From sequence record MN508624.2: 64,000 nt of DNA, one strand, 5' to 3'. The DNA is from Enterobacter phage EC-F2. Below are positions 18,544 through 28,024 of this stretch, one piece after another. Every line of letters begins with the position of its first letter. Within the stretch, counting starts at the first letter, position 1. The translations under genes and the position numbers were made by a program. The notes below the pieces were generated by a model that was not told the origin of the DNA, did not search any database, and saw only the letters and a list, made by a program, of their open reading frames with translations.

Positions 18544-19527
18544 TTACAGATCCAGCAGTTTATCCAGGTCGTCATCACCGGAACCACCTTCCAGGTCAAA
18601 CGGAGGGGTGTTGTCATCTTCCGGTACGCTTCCGCCTACGTTCAGTTGACTTACGCCACCAGATTCTTTAGCACCTTTGGACTGGTTGCCATTATCGAAG
18701 TTTTTCAGTTCGTTGTCAAATGAGTTCAGTTCTGAATCCAGATCCGCACCAGCGCTTGCGCCAGCACCCATTGCAGCACCACCGAATACTTTGGTGAACT
18801 TCGCGGTCAGTTCCGCAGTTGGTTTGAACTGGTCTGGAGCAGTGATTGGACGCAGATCGCTCATACCTTCGAAGATTTCTTTCTGACGCGCTTCGTCTTC
18901 GATGCCTTTGATTGGGACAGGAACACCAAATTTGCTGTCGTCGTAGTTAGGCCAGTCACCTACTTTCTTCGCGGTCAGGGTGAAGTTAGCACCACCAAAC
19001 GGACAAGTTACAGCGATACCTGGTTCATCCAGATCAGGGTTGCCAGCGATAGCAGCGGTGATCTTATCCATGATTTTCTTGCCGAAACGGAACTTAAACA
19101 CTTTACCTTCGTTTTCCGGCGCTTTCGGATCTTTAACGACCAGAATGTTAGCCCAGAAGGATTGTTTACGCCCAATCATACCCAGCAGTTTATCAGCTTC
19201 GCCGCCTTTATTGGCTTTGGCTTTTTCGAACAGATCGTTGTCAGAGATATACTGACATACAGGACAACCATCATAATCGCCGTGGGTAGACGGACAGTTT
19301 TCAATGAACCACTGATTGTTCTTTTTGAACGAGTGATTCACCAGGCGAACAAACGCCAGTTCGTCATCAGAGCGGTTAGGCAGGAAGCGAATAGTCGCAG
19401 AACCGTTTTTCTGTGCATCCAGAGTGAGTTTCCACTCTTTTTCATCTTTCTGGAAGCCGGAGGAACCTTTCAGAGCGGCGACTTGTTCTTGCAGTTTGGT
19501 TGGATCTTGACGTTTAAAGAATGACAT
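18544..19527 (-). CDS. 32: ssDNA-binding protein gp32
   Basis: ...WKLTLDAQKNGSATIRFLPNRSDDELAFVRLVNHSFKKNNQWFIENC... parallels T4 gp32 ([20 protein letters not shown]...ILVNHGFKKNGKWYIE); Zn-binding Cys/His cluster; acidic C-terminal tail. Confidence 0.9.
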   Translation of the reverse strand: MSFFKRQDPTKLQEQVAALKGSSGFQKDEKEWKLTLDAQKNGSATIRFLPNRSDDELAFVRLVNHSFKKNNQWFIENCPSTHGDYDGCPVCQYISDNDLFEKAKANKGGEADKLLGMIGRKQSFWANILVVKDPKAPENEGKVFKFRFGKKIMDKITAAIAGNPDLDEPGIAVTCPFGGANFTLTAKKVGDWPNYDDSKFGVPVPIKGIEDEARQKEIFEGMSDLRPITAPDQFKPTAELTAKFTKVFGGAAMGAGASAGADLDSELNSFDNELKNFDNGNQSKGAKESGGVSQLNVGGSVPEDDNTPPFDLEGGSGDDDLDKLLDL

Positions 19528-19530
19528 ATG

Positions 19531-20196
19531 TTATTTCTCGTTTAAGTTAATTAAAGTTTGTTTCATTAAGTTTCGGTATTTTACGATTTCTTCGTTACTG
19601 ATTTCAACTAATTTTCTGTATGCGTTTAGTTTTTTACTAAATTCATTCCAGACGAAATCCGTTGCGATTTCATCGTGTTTATTTATGATGTCTAAAAACG
19701 AGTCGAGGATCAAGAATGATTCATAAGAAATCACCCCAGACTGTACGAGTTTGCTGATATACGAGGTTGATGATTTGACGCTATACTGAAACACCGTTGA
19801 GAGGGGAATACCTTTCATGCGGGAAAATTCATACAGGTTTTTTACATCGTCCACGAAAATATTATCAATTCGCCTCAACTTGCCTATGTATTGACGATAA
19901 AACACGATCGTATCTTCGTCTACATCCCCGACCCAGAAGTCGGGGTTAGCTACCATGTTGGAGAGAAGTATAAGATATATTTCTTTGAATGTAAACCTTT
20001 CGGCTAACTTTTTGAAAAAATACTTATCTCTTCTCTTTTCGAACGCTTTTTCAGTGATCTTTATTTCCCATTTGTACTTGATCGCGTCATACTTCCCAGC
20101 AAAGTGATTTTTCATCACCAGATACAGTTTGTATACCGCAATCGGTTTCAAACGGGAATTAGCGTCTGAACTGTCAAACGGGGTTTTAAATTTCAC
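19531..20196 (-). CDS. 59: helicase loader gp59
   Basis: AVYKLYLVMKNHFAGKYDAIKYKWEIK...RRDKYFFKKL is collinear with T4 gp59 (SVYKLYLMIKQHMNGKYDVIKYNWCMR...RRDKYFFQKL); 221 aa versus 217 aa. Confidence 0.85.
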   Translation of the reverse strand: MKFKTPFDSSDANSRLKPIAVYKLYLVMKNHFAGKYDAIKYKWEIKITEKAFEKRRDKYFFKKLAERFTFKEIYLILLSNMVANPDFWVGDVDEDTIVFYRQYIGKLRRIDNIFVDDVKNLYEFSRMKGIPLSTVFQYSVKSSTSYISKLVQSGVISYESFLILDSFLDIINKHDEIATDFVWNEFSKKLNAYRKLVEISNEEIVKYRNLMKQTLINLNEK

Positions 20197-20444
20197 ATGA
20201 AATCATCCAGTGTTTGCGTCGTCGCGTGGTCTTTAGCCACAGAAGGACGCAGCAGATTGTTTTTAATGGCTTCGTCGCTAATCTTGTCGATGATCGCTTT
20301 CGGTACTGTTTTGGACAGCATAGCATAATCAATGCTGTTTTCGTCCATCCATTGTAACGTAGCTTCCATGTAGGTTGCCCCCTCAGAGGCAACCAGATTT
20401 TCGATATACAAGCCGACTTCGGTTTTGTTTCCGATTTCGCTCAT
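20193..20444 (-). CDS. 33: late transcription co-activator gp33-like (tentative)
   Basis: 83-aa acidic protein in the T4 gene 33 position (59-33-dsbA-rnh). Confidence 0.45.
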   Translation of the reverse strand: MSEIGNKTEVGLYIENLVASEGATYMEATLQWMDENSIDYAMLSKTVPKAIIDKISDEAIKNNLLRPSVAKDHATTQTLDDFM

Positions 20445-20445
20445 A

Positions 20446-20709
20446 TTACGCCTTATCGATCACATCGTACAGTTCGATAAGTTCGTTGTTCTGTTCTTCG
20501 AACGCGGTACGTGCCTGTTCGTGATACAGTTTGAACAGCTTGCCGAAGGTTTTACCGTCGATACCATAATCCGTTTTCGCTTTGGATTTGATGTCTTTGA
20601 AAGAACCCTGGAAGTGTTCGATCTGGGTTTTCACGTTCGACGCTTCTTTGATCAGTTCTTTAACCGCTTTAGCGATGTCTGGGTTTTCTTGCAGTAATTC
20701 TACACTCAT
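20446..20709 (-). CDS. dsbA: dsDNA-binding protein DsbA-like (tentative)
   Basis: 87 aa versus T4 DsbA 89 aa; synteny. Confidence 0.45.
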   Translation of the reverse strand: MSVELLQENPDIAKAVKELIKEASNVKTQIEHFQGSFKDIKSKAKTDYGIDGKTFGKLFKLYHEQARTAFEEQNNELIELYDVIDKA

Positions 20710-20718
20710 TTTGTTACC

Positions 20719-21654
20719 TCAAAAGTCACTTAGTTTTTCATACATACGGGTAAGTTTGCATTCCATGAAGTATTTCTCCATTTTTGCTTTGTTCCCGATT
20801 TTTGGAGCATTGTACGCTTCTTCGATTGCCGTTGCAACATCTTTCGGAATAAAATCAAAGTCGCGAAGTTCTTCGTTTTCTCTGTAGCGGATCGCCCACT
20901 CTTCGGGCATACCCACGGTCGGATCGTCCGCTTCCAGCCAGGCTTCGAGTTCAGCAGCCCTGATTTGTGGGGCGCGTTCTCCTTCAACCTTCGTAACAAT
21001 ATAGTCATTTCGCATTTTAATGCAAGCGATACTATCTTTTTTATCGCCCTTGATGATCTTCATGCGCAAATCGTTACGAGGTGAACCATATTTCGGTGTA
21101 ACCCATTTCTTTTGGGTTGGCGACCACTGACGCACACCCTGATATTTTTGAAGGGCTGCAAAGTCACCATCAGCAGAAACGATCAGGACACGTTTACCTT
21201 CGGATACCGCTTTACGCGTCACCACACCGATCACGTCATCGGCTTCTGCGAAGTCAACACGGATACCTTTGTACGGTAAATTAGCACGGATTTCATCGTA
21301 TGTCGGGTGAAGGAAACCATTCAGGCGATCCCAGTCCCAATCCGATGCTTCTTGTTCCATTTTTCGTTTCTTTTTGTAGTACCAGGCTTTACTTCTGCGC
21401 CAATACTTGTTATCATCAAAGGCTAGAACAATTTCAGGGTACTCGCCTTTGAATTTAACCACATTGTGACGAATGGTGTCAAGCACTATGTGACGAACAA
21501 TTTGTTGGTTGATGTCATTCTGGTCTTTCGGCTTGAAGTTGTTCATCAACGTTGCTACCGAAAGGTTTGAAATATCTATACACATCACATCAACAGGATC
21601 ATCGTCATTGCTCATTAAGCTGTTCAGGTTGAACATACTTGCAAATGAAGACAT
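20719..21654 (-). CDS. rnh: RNase H / FEN-type 5'-3' exonuclease
   Basis: VIGVVTRKAVSEGKRVLIVSADGDFAALQKYQGVRQWSP parallels T4 RNase H (HIAVLVKKFSLEGHKILIISSDGDFTQLHKYPNVKQWSP). The table ORF begins at a GTG; an ATG with a GAGG RBS at 21654 is preferred. Confidence 0.85.
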   Translation of the reverse strand: MSSFASMFNLNSLMSNDDDPVDVMCIDISNLSVATLMNNFKPKDQNDINQQIVRHIVLDTIRHNVVKFKGEYPEIVLAFDDNKYWRRSKAWYYKKKRKMEQEASDWDWDRLNGFLHPTYDEIRANLPYKGIRVDFAEADDVIGVVTRKAVSEGKRVLIVSADGDFAALQKYQGVRQWSPTQKKWVTPKYGSPRNDLRMKIIKGDKKDSIACIKMRNDYIVTKVEGERAPQIRAAELEAWLEADDPTVGMPEEWAIRYRENEELRDFDFIPKDVATAIEEAYNAPKIGNKAKMEKYFMECKLTRMYEKLSDF

Positions 21655-21732
21655 TTCAATACCTCGTTGTTGTTGAATGAAACTGATTATAGTGATCACT
21701 TTTTCAAAGTCAATAGATCATTTCAAAAATCT

Positions 21733-21889
21733 GAGCGAAGCGAAGGACACGAACGTAGTGAGTGTCTATGTACTGAATGTACGTTTTAATATTTTTATAT
21801 TTTATATATAGAGAAAACAGTACATTTCCGTATACTTTTTAACCAGTTTTAACTATCCGTTTCGCTTCGCTCACGGAAGCGCTTCGCGC
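21733..21889. repeat. 13-bp perfect inverted repeat tgagcgaagcgaa / ttcgcttcgctca separated by about 115 bp of AT-rich DNA, plus an adjacent 10-bp palindrome gaagcgcttc
   Basis: Read directly: 21733-21745 and 21861-21873 are exact reverse complements; gaagcgcttc lies at 21877-21886; located in the divergent rnh/55 intergenic region. Confidence 0.6.
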
Positions 21890-21923
21890 TGATTTTATTA
21901 AATAATATAGATTGGAAGTAGGT

Positions 21924-21952
21924 TTGAAACACCTGATTCAATCGGCTATAAT
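21924..21952 (+). promoter_or_regulatory. consensus sigma70 promoter (TTGAAA -17- TATAAT) for gene 55
   Basis: TTGAAAcacctgattcaatcggcTATAAT about 25 nt upstream of GGAG...ATG of gp55. Confidence 0.6.
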
Positions 21953-21977
21953 GAATGTATTCAATTTGGAGAATATA

Positions 21978-22493
21978 ATGACTACAAAGATTTATGCAGA
22001 TAATGATAAGCTGTATCCAGTTATGTGTAAGTGGAAACAGCAAATCCGTGAAACTGGTGATCGTAAGATGCCGGATGAACTCGGTATTGCGATTATGAAT
22101 ATTGCTCACGGTTTGGCACGTCGATACAACTTCAACCGTTATTCCGAAGACTGGAAAATGGATATGATCGATGATGGAATTTCAGCAACGATTTCCGGCC
22201 TTCATAACTTTGACGAAACCAAATATACAAACGTCTACGGTTACATCAACAAGGCTTGCTGGCAAGCGTTTGTAACTCGTATTCTCTACGAGAAGAAAGA
22301 GAACGCGAAGAAATACAAATACTTCCTGGAACATGTCTATGACAGCGATGATACTGATATGACCACGATAGCCGATGAAACTTTCATTCAGGATATCCAT
22401 GACAAACTTAATCAGTATGAAGAGTCCGCGAAAAAACCAAAAGATAAAATCGAGGTTGTGGACGAATCGCCAACATTGGAAATGTTTCTATGA
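21978..22493 (+). CDS. 55: late-transcription sigma factor gp55
   Basis: GLARRYNFNRYSEDWKMDMIDDGISATISGLHNFDETKYTNVYGYINKACWQAFVTRI and YFLEHVYDSDDTDMTTIADETFIQDIHDKLNQYEES are near-collinear with T4 gp55; start placed at the ATG with a GGAG RBS. Confidence 0.9.
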   Translation: MTTKIYADNDKLYPVMCKWKQQIRETGDRKMPDELGIAIMNIAHGLARRYNFNRYSEDWKMDMIDDGISATISGLHNFDETKYTNVYGYINKACWQAFVTRILYEKKENAKKYKYFLEHVYDSDDTDMTTIADETFIQDIHDKLNQYEESAKKPKDKIEVVDESPTLEMFL

Positions 22494-22717
22494 AAATTAA
22501 AATTGACCTGAACAAAATTTTAGCAGATGCTAACGACGAAATTGATCTGCTTCCTTACCTTGTGAAATTAGAGTTGCAGAGCTTAGGGATTCCGATTATC
22601 ATCGACCCTACAGATGTACGAGATCCAGACTTCCAGATAACAGAAGGTCGTCTGGACTATGTAATAAACGCCGAAACAATGATCATGGAGATCACTTACT
22701 ATGAACGTGCAGCATGA
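22490..22717 (+). CDS. hypothetical protein (75 aa)
   Basis: ORF with overlapping start and stop, between 55 and 47. Confidence 0.4.
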   Translation: MKIKIDLNKILADANDEIDLLPYLVKLELQSLGIPIIIDPTDVRDPDFQITEGRLDYVINAETMIMEITYYERAA

Positions 22718-23045
22718 AGTAATCGACGAAGTACACCAAAAATCAGCGCTGGATCTTCGTGAAGAAGAACTGGAATCCATCAAGGGTACACGCATTGAAC
22801 AGGAAGCCCTACGCAAAGCGCAAAAGTTCATGCGGAAGAACAAAGCGGAATGGAAGCGACTGCATAAACACGCAGAGAACGCACTCTTCGAAGGTAACAA
22901 AGAGCAGTACGTATACGCGATCAAAAAGATGCGTGATATGCTCAAGCAACCATACAACGATGAACTGATTGAAACGATGTGGATCACTTCGAACCAGCAG
23001 TTGAAAGACCTGTTCATCATGGCTTCTGAAAAATACGGCAAATAA
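22701..23045 (+). CDS. hypothetical coiled-coil protein (114 aa)
   Basis: ORF in the position where T4 carries alpha-gt; no glycosyltransferase motifs. Confidence 0.4.
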   Translation: MNVQHEVIDEVHQKSALDLREEELESIKGTRIEQEALRKAQKFMRKNKAEWKRLHKHAENALFEGNKEQYVYAIKKMRDMLKQPYNDELIETMWITSNQQLKDLFIMASEKYGK

Positions 23046-23066
23046 ACCCCTTCGGGGGTTTTGAGG
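23044..23066 (+). terminator. rho-independent terminator (aaccccttcgggggtt)
   Basis: Hairpin plus TTTTG immediately before the gp47 start. Confidence 0.5.
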
Positions 23067-23071
23067 TTTAT

Positions 23072-24091
23072 ATGAACTATGTTTTAATTGGGGATACCCA
23101 TGCCGGACTTCGCCAGGATAACCCCTGGAACGAAGAAAACCTGTATGCGGTATTCAAACAGATCGTAGAGTATTGCAAAGAACACGGGATCACGCGCGGC
23201 TTCCATGCTGGCGACTTCTTCGACGTTCGAAAAGCAACCACACAAACGACAATGAATTTTGTTCGTGAAAAGCTGGTTCCTCTTCTGATTGAGGCGGGGA
23301 TCACTCTGGATGTTCTTGTCGGCAACCACGATTGCCAATTTAAGGACAAAATACGCCCCAACGCGCCACGCGAGATACTAAGTCAATACGAATGCTTTAA
23401 TGTCATCGACGAACCGACCACGGTTGATTTAGGTGGCGGAAATTCGATTGACCTGATCCCGTGGATTTGTCAGGAAAACAGCCAGCGTATTTTTGACTAC
23501 ATCAAACAATCGAAAGCTAACTTTTGTTTGGGACACTTCGAACTGTCTGGTTACTATTTCTACAAGAACAGCAAAGCCGATCATGGGATGGAACCTGATT
23601 TCTTGAAGAAGTACGATCGCGTTTACTCTGGACACTATCACCACGCTAACGAAGGTGACAACGTGTTTTACATCGGTACGCCTCTGACTATGAGCGCTAA
23701 CGACGAAGACGAAACACGCGGTTTCTATGTGTTCACGGGCAAGCCTGAATTGACTTTCATCGCTAACCCTGTGTGTCACCATCGCCGGATCATGTATCCA
23801 GCACAGAAAGATGTTGATCTTGAACAGTTCCGTAACTGTGCGGTGCGTCTGATTGTCAGTGAAATTGATCAGGGGCTTGCAAAGTTCCAAACCAAAATTG
23901 AAGAAATTGCCTATGAAATCAATATCATAGACAAAGTTCAAACTGATTCGGATGTCGATACCGACTTTGAAATCAAAACCGTTCGTGGCCTTATCACTGA
24001 GTATATCGCCAACATGCAGATCACCGACGATGAAAAAGAGGAAGTGAATAAGCTGATCAGCGAACTATACGCGGAGGTGTCAAGTGCATAG
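23072..24091 (+). CDS. 47: recombination endonuclease subunit gp47 (Mre11-like)
   Basis: GDTHAG...HAGDFFD...GNHD phosphoesterase motifs; 339 aa, the same as T4 gp47; extensive collinearity (ANFCLGHFELSGYYFYK versus ASFCVGHWELNGFYFYK). Confidence 0.9.
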   Translation: MNYVLIGDTHAGLRQDNPWNEENLYAVFKQIVEYCKEHGITRGFHAGDFFDVRKATTQTTMNFVREKLVPLLIEAGITLDVLVGNHDCQFKDKIRPNAPREILSQYECFNVIDEPTTVDLGGGNSIDLIPWICQENSQRIFDYIKQSKANFCLGHFELSGYYFYKNSKADHGMEPDFLKKYDRVYSGHYHHANEGDNVFYIGTPLTMSANDEDETRGFYVFTGKPELTFIANPVCHHRRIMYPAQKDVDLEQFRNCAVRLIVSEIDQGLAKFQTKIEEIAYEINIIDKVQTDSDVDTDFEIKTVRGLITEYIANMQITDDEKEEVNKLISELYAEVSSA

Positions 24092-24374
24092 CCGTTATGA
24101 TGAATATTTCGGGGCGAATCCCCGATATTCTCACCTGTTGCGTATGTTGGGAATGAAACACATCATTTCCACATCCGACGAAGCAGGGGAAACCAGCGCA
24201 GTTTGTTTGACCATCATGAAGGGTGCATGGCATTCATCACGAACATGGTCAATATTCATGCTTGATACACTGGACGACGATACTCTATCATATAGTATTG
24301 ATTCATCAGTTGTTCAAATGATCACTGAATTATGTGAACGGATTTTAAATGAAACTAAACTTCAAAAAAATTAA
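24084..24374 (+). CDS. hypothetical protein (96 aa), 46.1-like position
   Basis: ORF between 47 and 46. Confidence 0.4.
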   Translation: MHSRYDEYFGANPRYSHLLRMLGMKHIISTSDEAGETSAVCLTIMKGAWHSSRTWSIFMLDTLDDDTLSYSIDSSVVQMITELCERILNETKLQKN

Positions 24375-26052
24375 GTATCAAAATATTCTGTCGGTCGGGA
24401 ACACCCCGATCGAACTGGAATTTGATACGGCAAAGAAAACCCTGATCACGGGGAAAAACGGTGGCGGTAAATCGACACTGATCGAGGCTTTAACCTATGC
24501 CCTGTTCGGTAAGTCATTCCGCGATCTAAAAGTCGGGCAGTTGGTGAACAGCGTCAACAAAAAGAAATGCCTGGTTGAACTGGAAATCGAATACGGGAAA
24601 GACTCGTACAAAGTTGTGCGCGGACAAAAGCCGAAGGTGTTCGAGATCTGGAAGAACGGCGAGAAGTTGCCGGAAGACTCCGCAGCAGGTGATTATCAGG
24701 CACAGCTTGAATCTATGCTGAACATCAACCTTGTGGGCTTCAAACAGGTTATCGTTCTGGGTACAGCGGGTTACACCCCATTCATGGAACTGAAAACCCC
24801 CGAACGCCGGAAACTGGTTGAAGATTTGCTGTCTCTGTCCGTCATCAGTGAAATGGACAAGTTAAACAAGTCATACATTCGCGGTGTTAATCAGCAGTTG
24901 GATACACTCTCAATGCAGGGTAATCACATCCAGCAGCAGATCGCAACACACCAGCGCTTCATTGACGAACAGCGATCGAAAGCAAACCAGAACAACGCCC
25001 GATACAAAGAGATCTACGATAGCCACGTAGAAACCGCAAAGAACATCAAAGCACAGCTTATGCAGTTGCAAGCGGAGATTGCGGAATCGGTGATCACTGG
25101 AGAAGACCGGACGGAAGATATCAACAAACTCCGTGACGGTTATTCGCGGCTCTCAATGACTGTAGAGCAGTTTAAAAAGCTGGAGGTGATGTATCAGAAA
25201 GGCGGTGAGTGTCCGGCCTGTAAGCAAGCGATTAAACCCACTCCTGAGCGTATGGCGGAGATCGCAGAGAACATCAAAGCGGGTACACAGCGTTTAACCC
25301 TGATCAAAACCAAACAGGACGAGTTACAAGGGATCATGAATGACTTGCTGCAACAGCAACGCGCACTCAATGCCCTGAAAACCAAATATGAAGCCCTGAA
25401 AGGTACTCTGCAAAACGAAGTTGCCAACGCTAAACGCGCACAGGCGATCATGGAACAGGCAAGCGCGGAAGTAGTCATTGATGAAGAACCCGTGAAGCAG
25501 TTGCAACAGCAGGAAGCAGAACTGAACGAAAAACGACAAGGCTACGTCAAGGAAAAATATATTCGTGGTATTGTTACGGATATGTTGAAAGATTCCGGCG
25601 TTAAAGCGAGTATCGTTAAGCGTTATATTCCGTACTTCAACAAACAGATAGCATATTATCTGGATCTGTTGGGTGCTGATTATCAGTTTACTTTAGATGA
25701 CGAGTTCAACGAATCGATCAAATCACTGGGGCGCGATGATTTCAGTTATGCGTCATTCAGTCAAGGCGAACGCGCTCGCATCAACTTGTCTATTCTGTTC
25801 ACATGGCGTGACGTGACAAGTAAAGTATCAGGCGTGGATCTGTCTCTGCTGGTACTTGATGAAGTGTTTGATGGGCCGCTTGATAAAGAGGGTTCATTCG
25901 CGATTAAATCCCTGCTGGATTCTGTAGATGGTAACGTTATTGTAATCAGTCACCAGGATCTTGATCCGCAGGACTTCGACCGCCACATCATCATGTCTAA
26001 GGTTGGGCGGTTCACAAAACCATCAATCAAAGATATGGCGATCTCATGTTAG
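24349..26052 (+). CDS. 46: recombination endonuclease subunit gp46 (Rad50/SbcC-like ATPase)
   Basis: Walker A GKNGGGKST; long coiled-coil centre with a CPAC zinc hook; signature and D-loop (LLVLDEVFDG) at the C-terminus; 567 aa versus T4 560 aa. Confidence 0.9.
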   Translation: MKLNFKKIKYQNILSVGNTPIELEFDTAKKTLITGKNGGGKSTLIEALTYALFGKSFRDLKVGQLVNSVNKKKCLVELEIEYGKDSYKVVRGQKPKVFEIWKNGEKLPEDSAAGDYQAQLESMLNINLVGFKQVIVLGTAGYTPFMELKTPERRKLVEDLLSLSVISEMDKLNKSYIRGVNQQLDTLSMQGNHIQQQIATHQRFIDEQRSKANQNNARYKEIYDSHVETAKNIKAQLMQLQAEIAESVITGEDRTEDINKLRDGYSRLSMTVEQFKKLEVMYQKGGECPACKQAIKPTPERMAEIAENIKAGTQRLTLIKTKQDELQGIMNDLLQQQRALNALKTKYEALKGTLQNEVANAKRAQAIMEQASAEVVIDEEPVKQLQQQEAELNEKRQGYVKEKYIRGIVTDMLKDSGVKASIVKRYIPYFNKQIAYYLDLLGADYQFTLDDEFNESIKSLGRDDFSYASFSQGERARINLSILFTWRDVTSKVSGVDLSLLVLDEVFDGPLDKEGSFAIKSLLDSVDGNVIVISHQDLDPQDFDRHIIMSKVGRFTKPSIKDMAISC

Positions 26053-26237
26053 AACGTGAATTTGATTTAAAGACCTCTCCCGAAGTGGAGAGGTTTTATC
26101 TCCATAATGAACTATTGGAAGAAAAACATGTAGTTACAATGGCAGATGTTGAGGAAGCATTCAAAGACAACCCCATTGAATTGACCCGCATCAAGAATAA
26201 TAAATCTTCGGTGTGGTTCCTCGAAAAAATCTATTGA
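26046..26237 (+). CDS. hypothetical protein (63 aa)
   Basis: Short ORF overlapping the gp46 stop. Confidence 0.3.
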   Translation: MLEREFDLKTSPEVERFYLHNELLEEKHVVTMADVEEAFKDNPIELTRIKNNKSSVWFLEKIY

Positions 26238-26261
26238 CAGTAAAACATAAATACCTTAAAG

Positions 26262-26295
26262 TCGCCCGTGTACTGAGTTGCACGGGTTTTTATTT
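26262..26295 (+). terminator. hairpin cccgtgtactgagttgcacggg plus T-run (terminator or attenuator) preceded by TTGACA...TAAAGT
   Basis: Perfect 8-bp stem followed by TTTTTATTTT; a sigma70-like -35/-10 pair lies 30 nt upstream. Confidence 0.5.
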
Positions 26296-26308
26296 TGAGG
26301 AACGGAAA

Positions 26309-28009
26309 ATGATTAACGAACAAATGTCACACAGCGAAGCATTGAAGATTTTAGGCGCTACTGGCGACGAATCTAAAGCTGAACTGTCAAAACTCTTTAA
26401 ACGTGCTTCTCTGCGCAATCACCCCGATCGTGGTGGTAGCACTGAACTCATGCAGAAAATCAACCAGGCGTATGACGTTGTAACCAAAACAAACAGCGCT
26501 GGTAAAACTTTCAGTGATGTTCGCGCAGAACACGCAGCAAACAAAAAAGCATGGGAAGAAAAATTTGCGGCGTATTTCGTGGTTGCGAAAAACTATTTCA
26601 GCACGAAATTCAACGCGCAAGAATTTGCGGAATATTTCACGAAATTCACCGGACAACCAACAACCTATACCCAGACAATCAGCGAAGTTCGCGGTCATAC
26701 TGTTCACGCAACCTATCGTTTCACTTCTGGTGATGCGTTCTTTGACTTCTCTTTCTCTTGTCAACCGCCTAACGGTCAAGGTTTAGCAGCGCCGGACGCG
26801 TCCGCACTGGGTAGCGTATCAGTTAATACTCTGGTTCTGGTTGGTACGAAGAAACACAAAATGGCAAGCCGTGATTACCAATGGGGCAAGAACCCAGACA
26901 AAATCACGCCGGAAAGCCTGTTCCCTACTAAGAAACTGGAATCCATCTTTAGCCCGACTAAGAAGGATCTCAAGTTCAAACGCGCGGACTACATGACATC
27001 CTTTGCCCGTATCCTGGGTGCGAAGGTTAGCGGTAACGATGTTATTGTTGATGTTGGACACTATAAAGTTCACTTCTACCGTCACGTATTCATGCGTAAA
27101 GGCGCGTATGTGTTCCAGTATGTTGTTGACCCAACGGTGAACAAATTCAAACCTGCTGAACGTCTGAAAGGTACTATGCTGGAAGATGAAGACGGTGCAT
27201 GTCTGGATATGATCATCGACACTTTCAAAGAAATGCAGAAAGTGAAACCAGACGCAAGCGGCATCGCAGCGGTAATCGACAGGATGAACGCAGAGTTTGC
27301 AGCGGGGCATCGTTCAGCATCTTTTGTTAAACGTACCGCACAGCAAGCAGCAGCGCCGGAACCAGAACAGAAACCGAAACGCACCGTTAACCGCATCAAT
27401 AAAGATGACTATTTCAACGCACTGAAACAGGCGGGGGCAACATTCCGCAGTAACTACGGTGAGTTTGATAACGGCGCGGGTTTGACTTTCCACTTCAAAC
27501 GCGAGATCAGCAACCGTAAAGGTTTCTGGAGTTTCAGCAGCTTTGATTTCATGCACTCCGGTCAGAAACATGTTGAATGGTTGAAAGATATCGACATTGA
27601 CGAGGATAGCAAAGGCGCAAGTATCGGTTTGCTGGTTGATACCCTGAAACAACTTCGTGGTGTTGCTGACTGGTACACAGCCCGTAAGATCCTGGAAGGT
27701 ATGCGTGATAACTTCAAGGCTGGTAAATTCTCAGCACCTCATGTGAAGAAAGAAGCCGAACAGAAACGCACTGAAACGCAAGCTAAGGACGAGTTAGGCG
27801 CACAGCCTACGAAACCACAGGCAGCGAAGAAAGAAGCCCCGGCGGTTGATAAGGCGCATCAGGCACAGATGGATCGTGAGAAGTCACAGATGAATGCAAC
27901 CATTCGTTCTATGCTCTCTGCCCTGGTTAAAGCCGGACGCAAAGACACGCCGGAAGAAATTAAAAAAGCAGTTGATGAAGCAATCGCTCTTTGGCGCTTG
28001 AAATACTAA
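26309..28009 (+). CDS. J-domain (DnaJ-like) protein with a large uncharacterised C-terminal region
   Basis: N-terminal J-domain with the HPD motif (LRNHPDRGGSTELMQKINQAYDVV); start set at the ATG with a GAGG RBS after the hairpin; about 566 aa. Confidence 0.7.
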   Translation: MINEQMSHSEALKILGATGDESKAELSKLFKRASLRNHPDRGGSTELMQKINQAYDVVTKTNSAGKTFSDVRAEHAANKKAWEEKFAAYFVVAKNYFSTKFNAQEFAEYFTKFTGQPTTYTQTISEVRGHTVHATYRFTSGDAFFDFSFSCQPPNGQGLAAPDASALGSVSVNTLVLVGTKKHKMASRDYQWGKNPDKITPESLFPTKKLESIFSPTKKDLKFKRADYMTSFARILGAKVSGNDVIVDVGHYKVHFYRHVFMRKGAYVFQYVVDPTVNKFKPAERLKGTMLEDEDGACLDMIIDTFKEMQKVKPDASGIAAVIDRMNAEFAAGHRSASFVKRTAQQAAAPEPEQKPKRTVNRINKDDYFNALKQAGATFRSNYGEFDNGAGLTFHFKREISNRKGFWSFSSFDFMHSGQKHVEWLKDIDIDEDSKGASIGLLVDTLKQLRGVADWYTARKILEGMRDNFKAGKFSAPHVKKEAEQKRTETQAKDELGAQPTKPQAAKKEAPAVDKAHQAQMDREKSQMNATIRSMLSALVKAGRKDTPEEIKKAVDEAIALWRLKY

Positions 28010-28024
28010 ATCACTGTGTTATAC

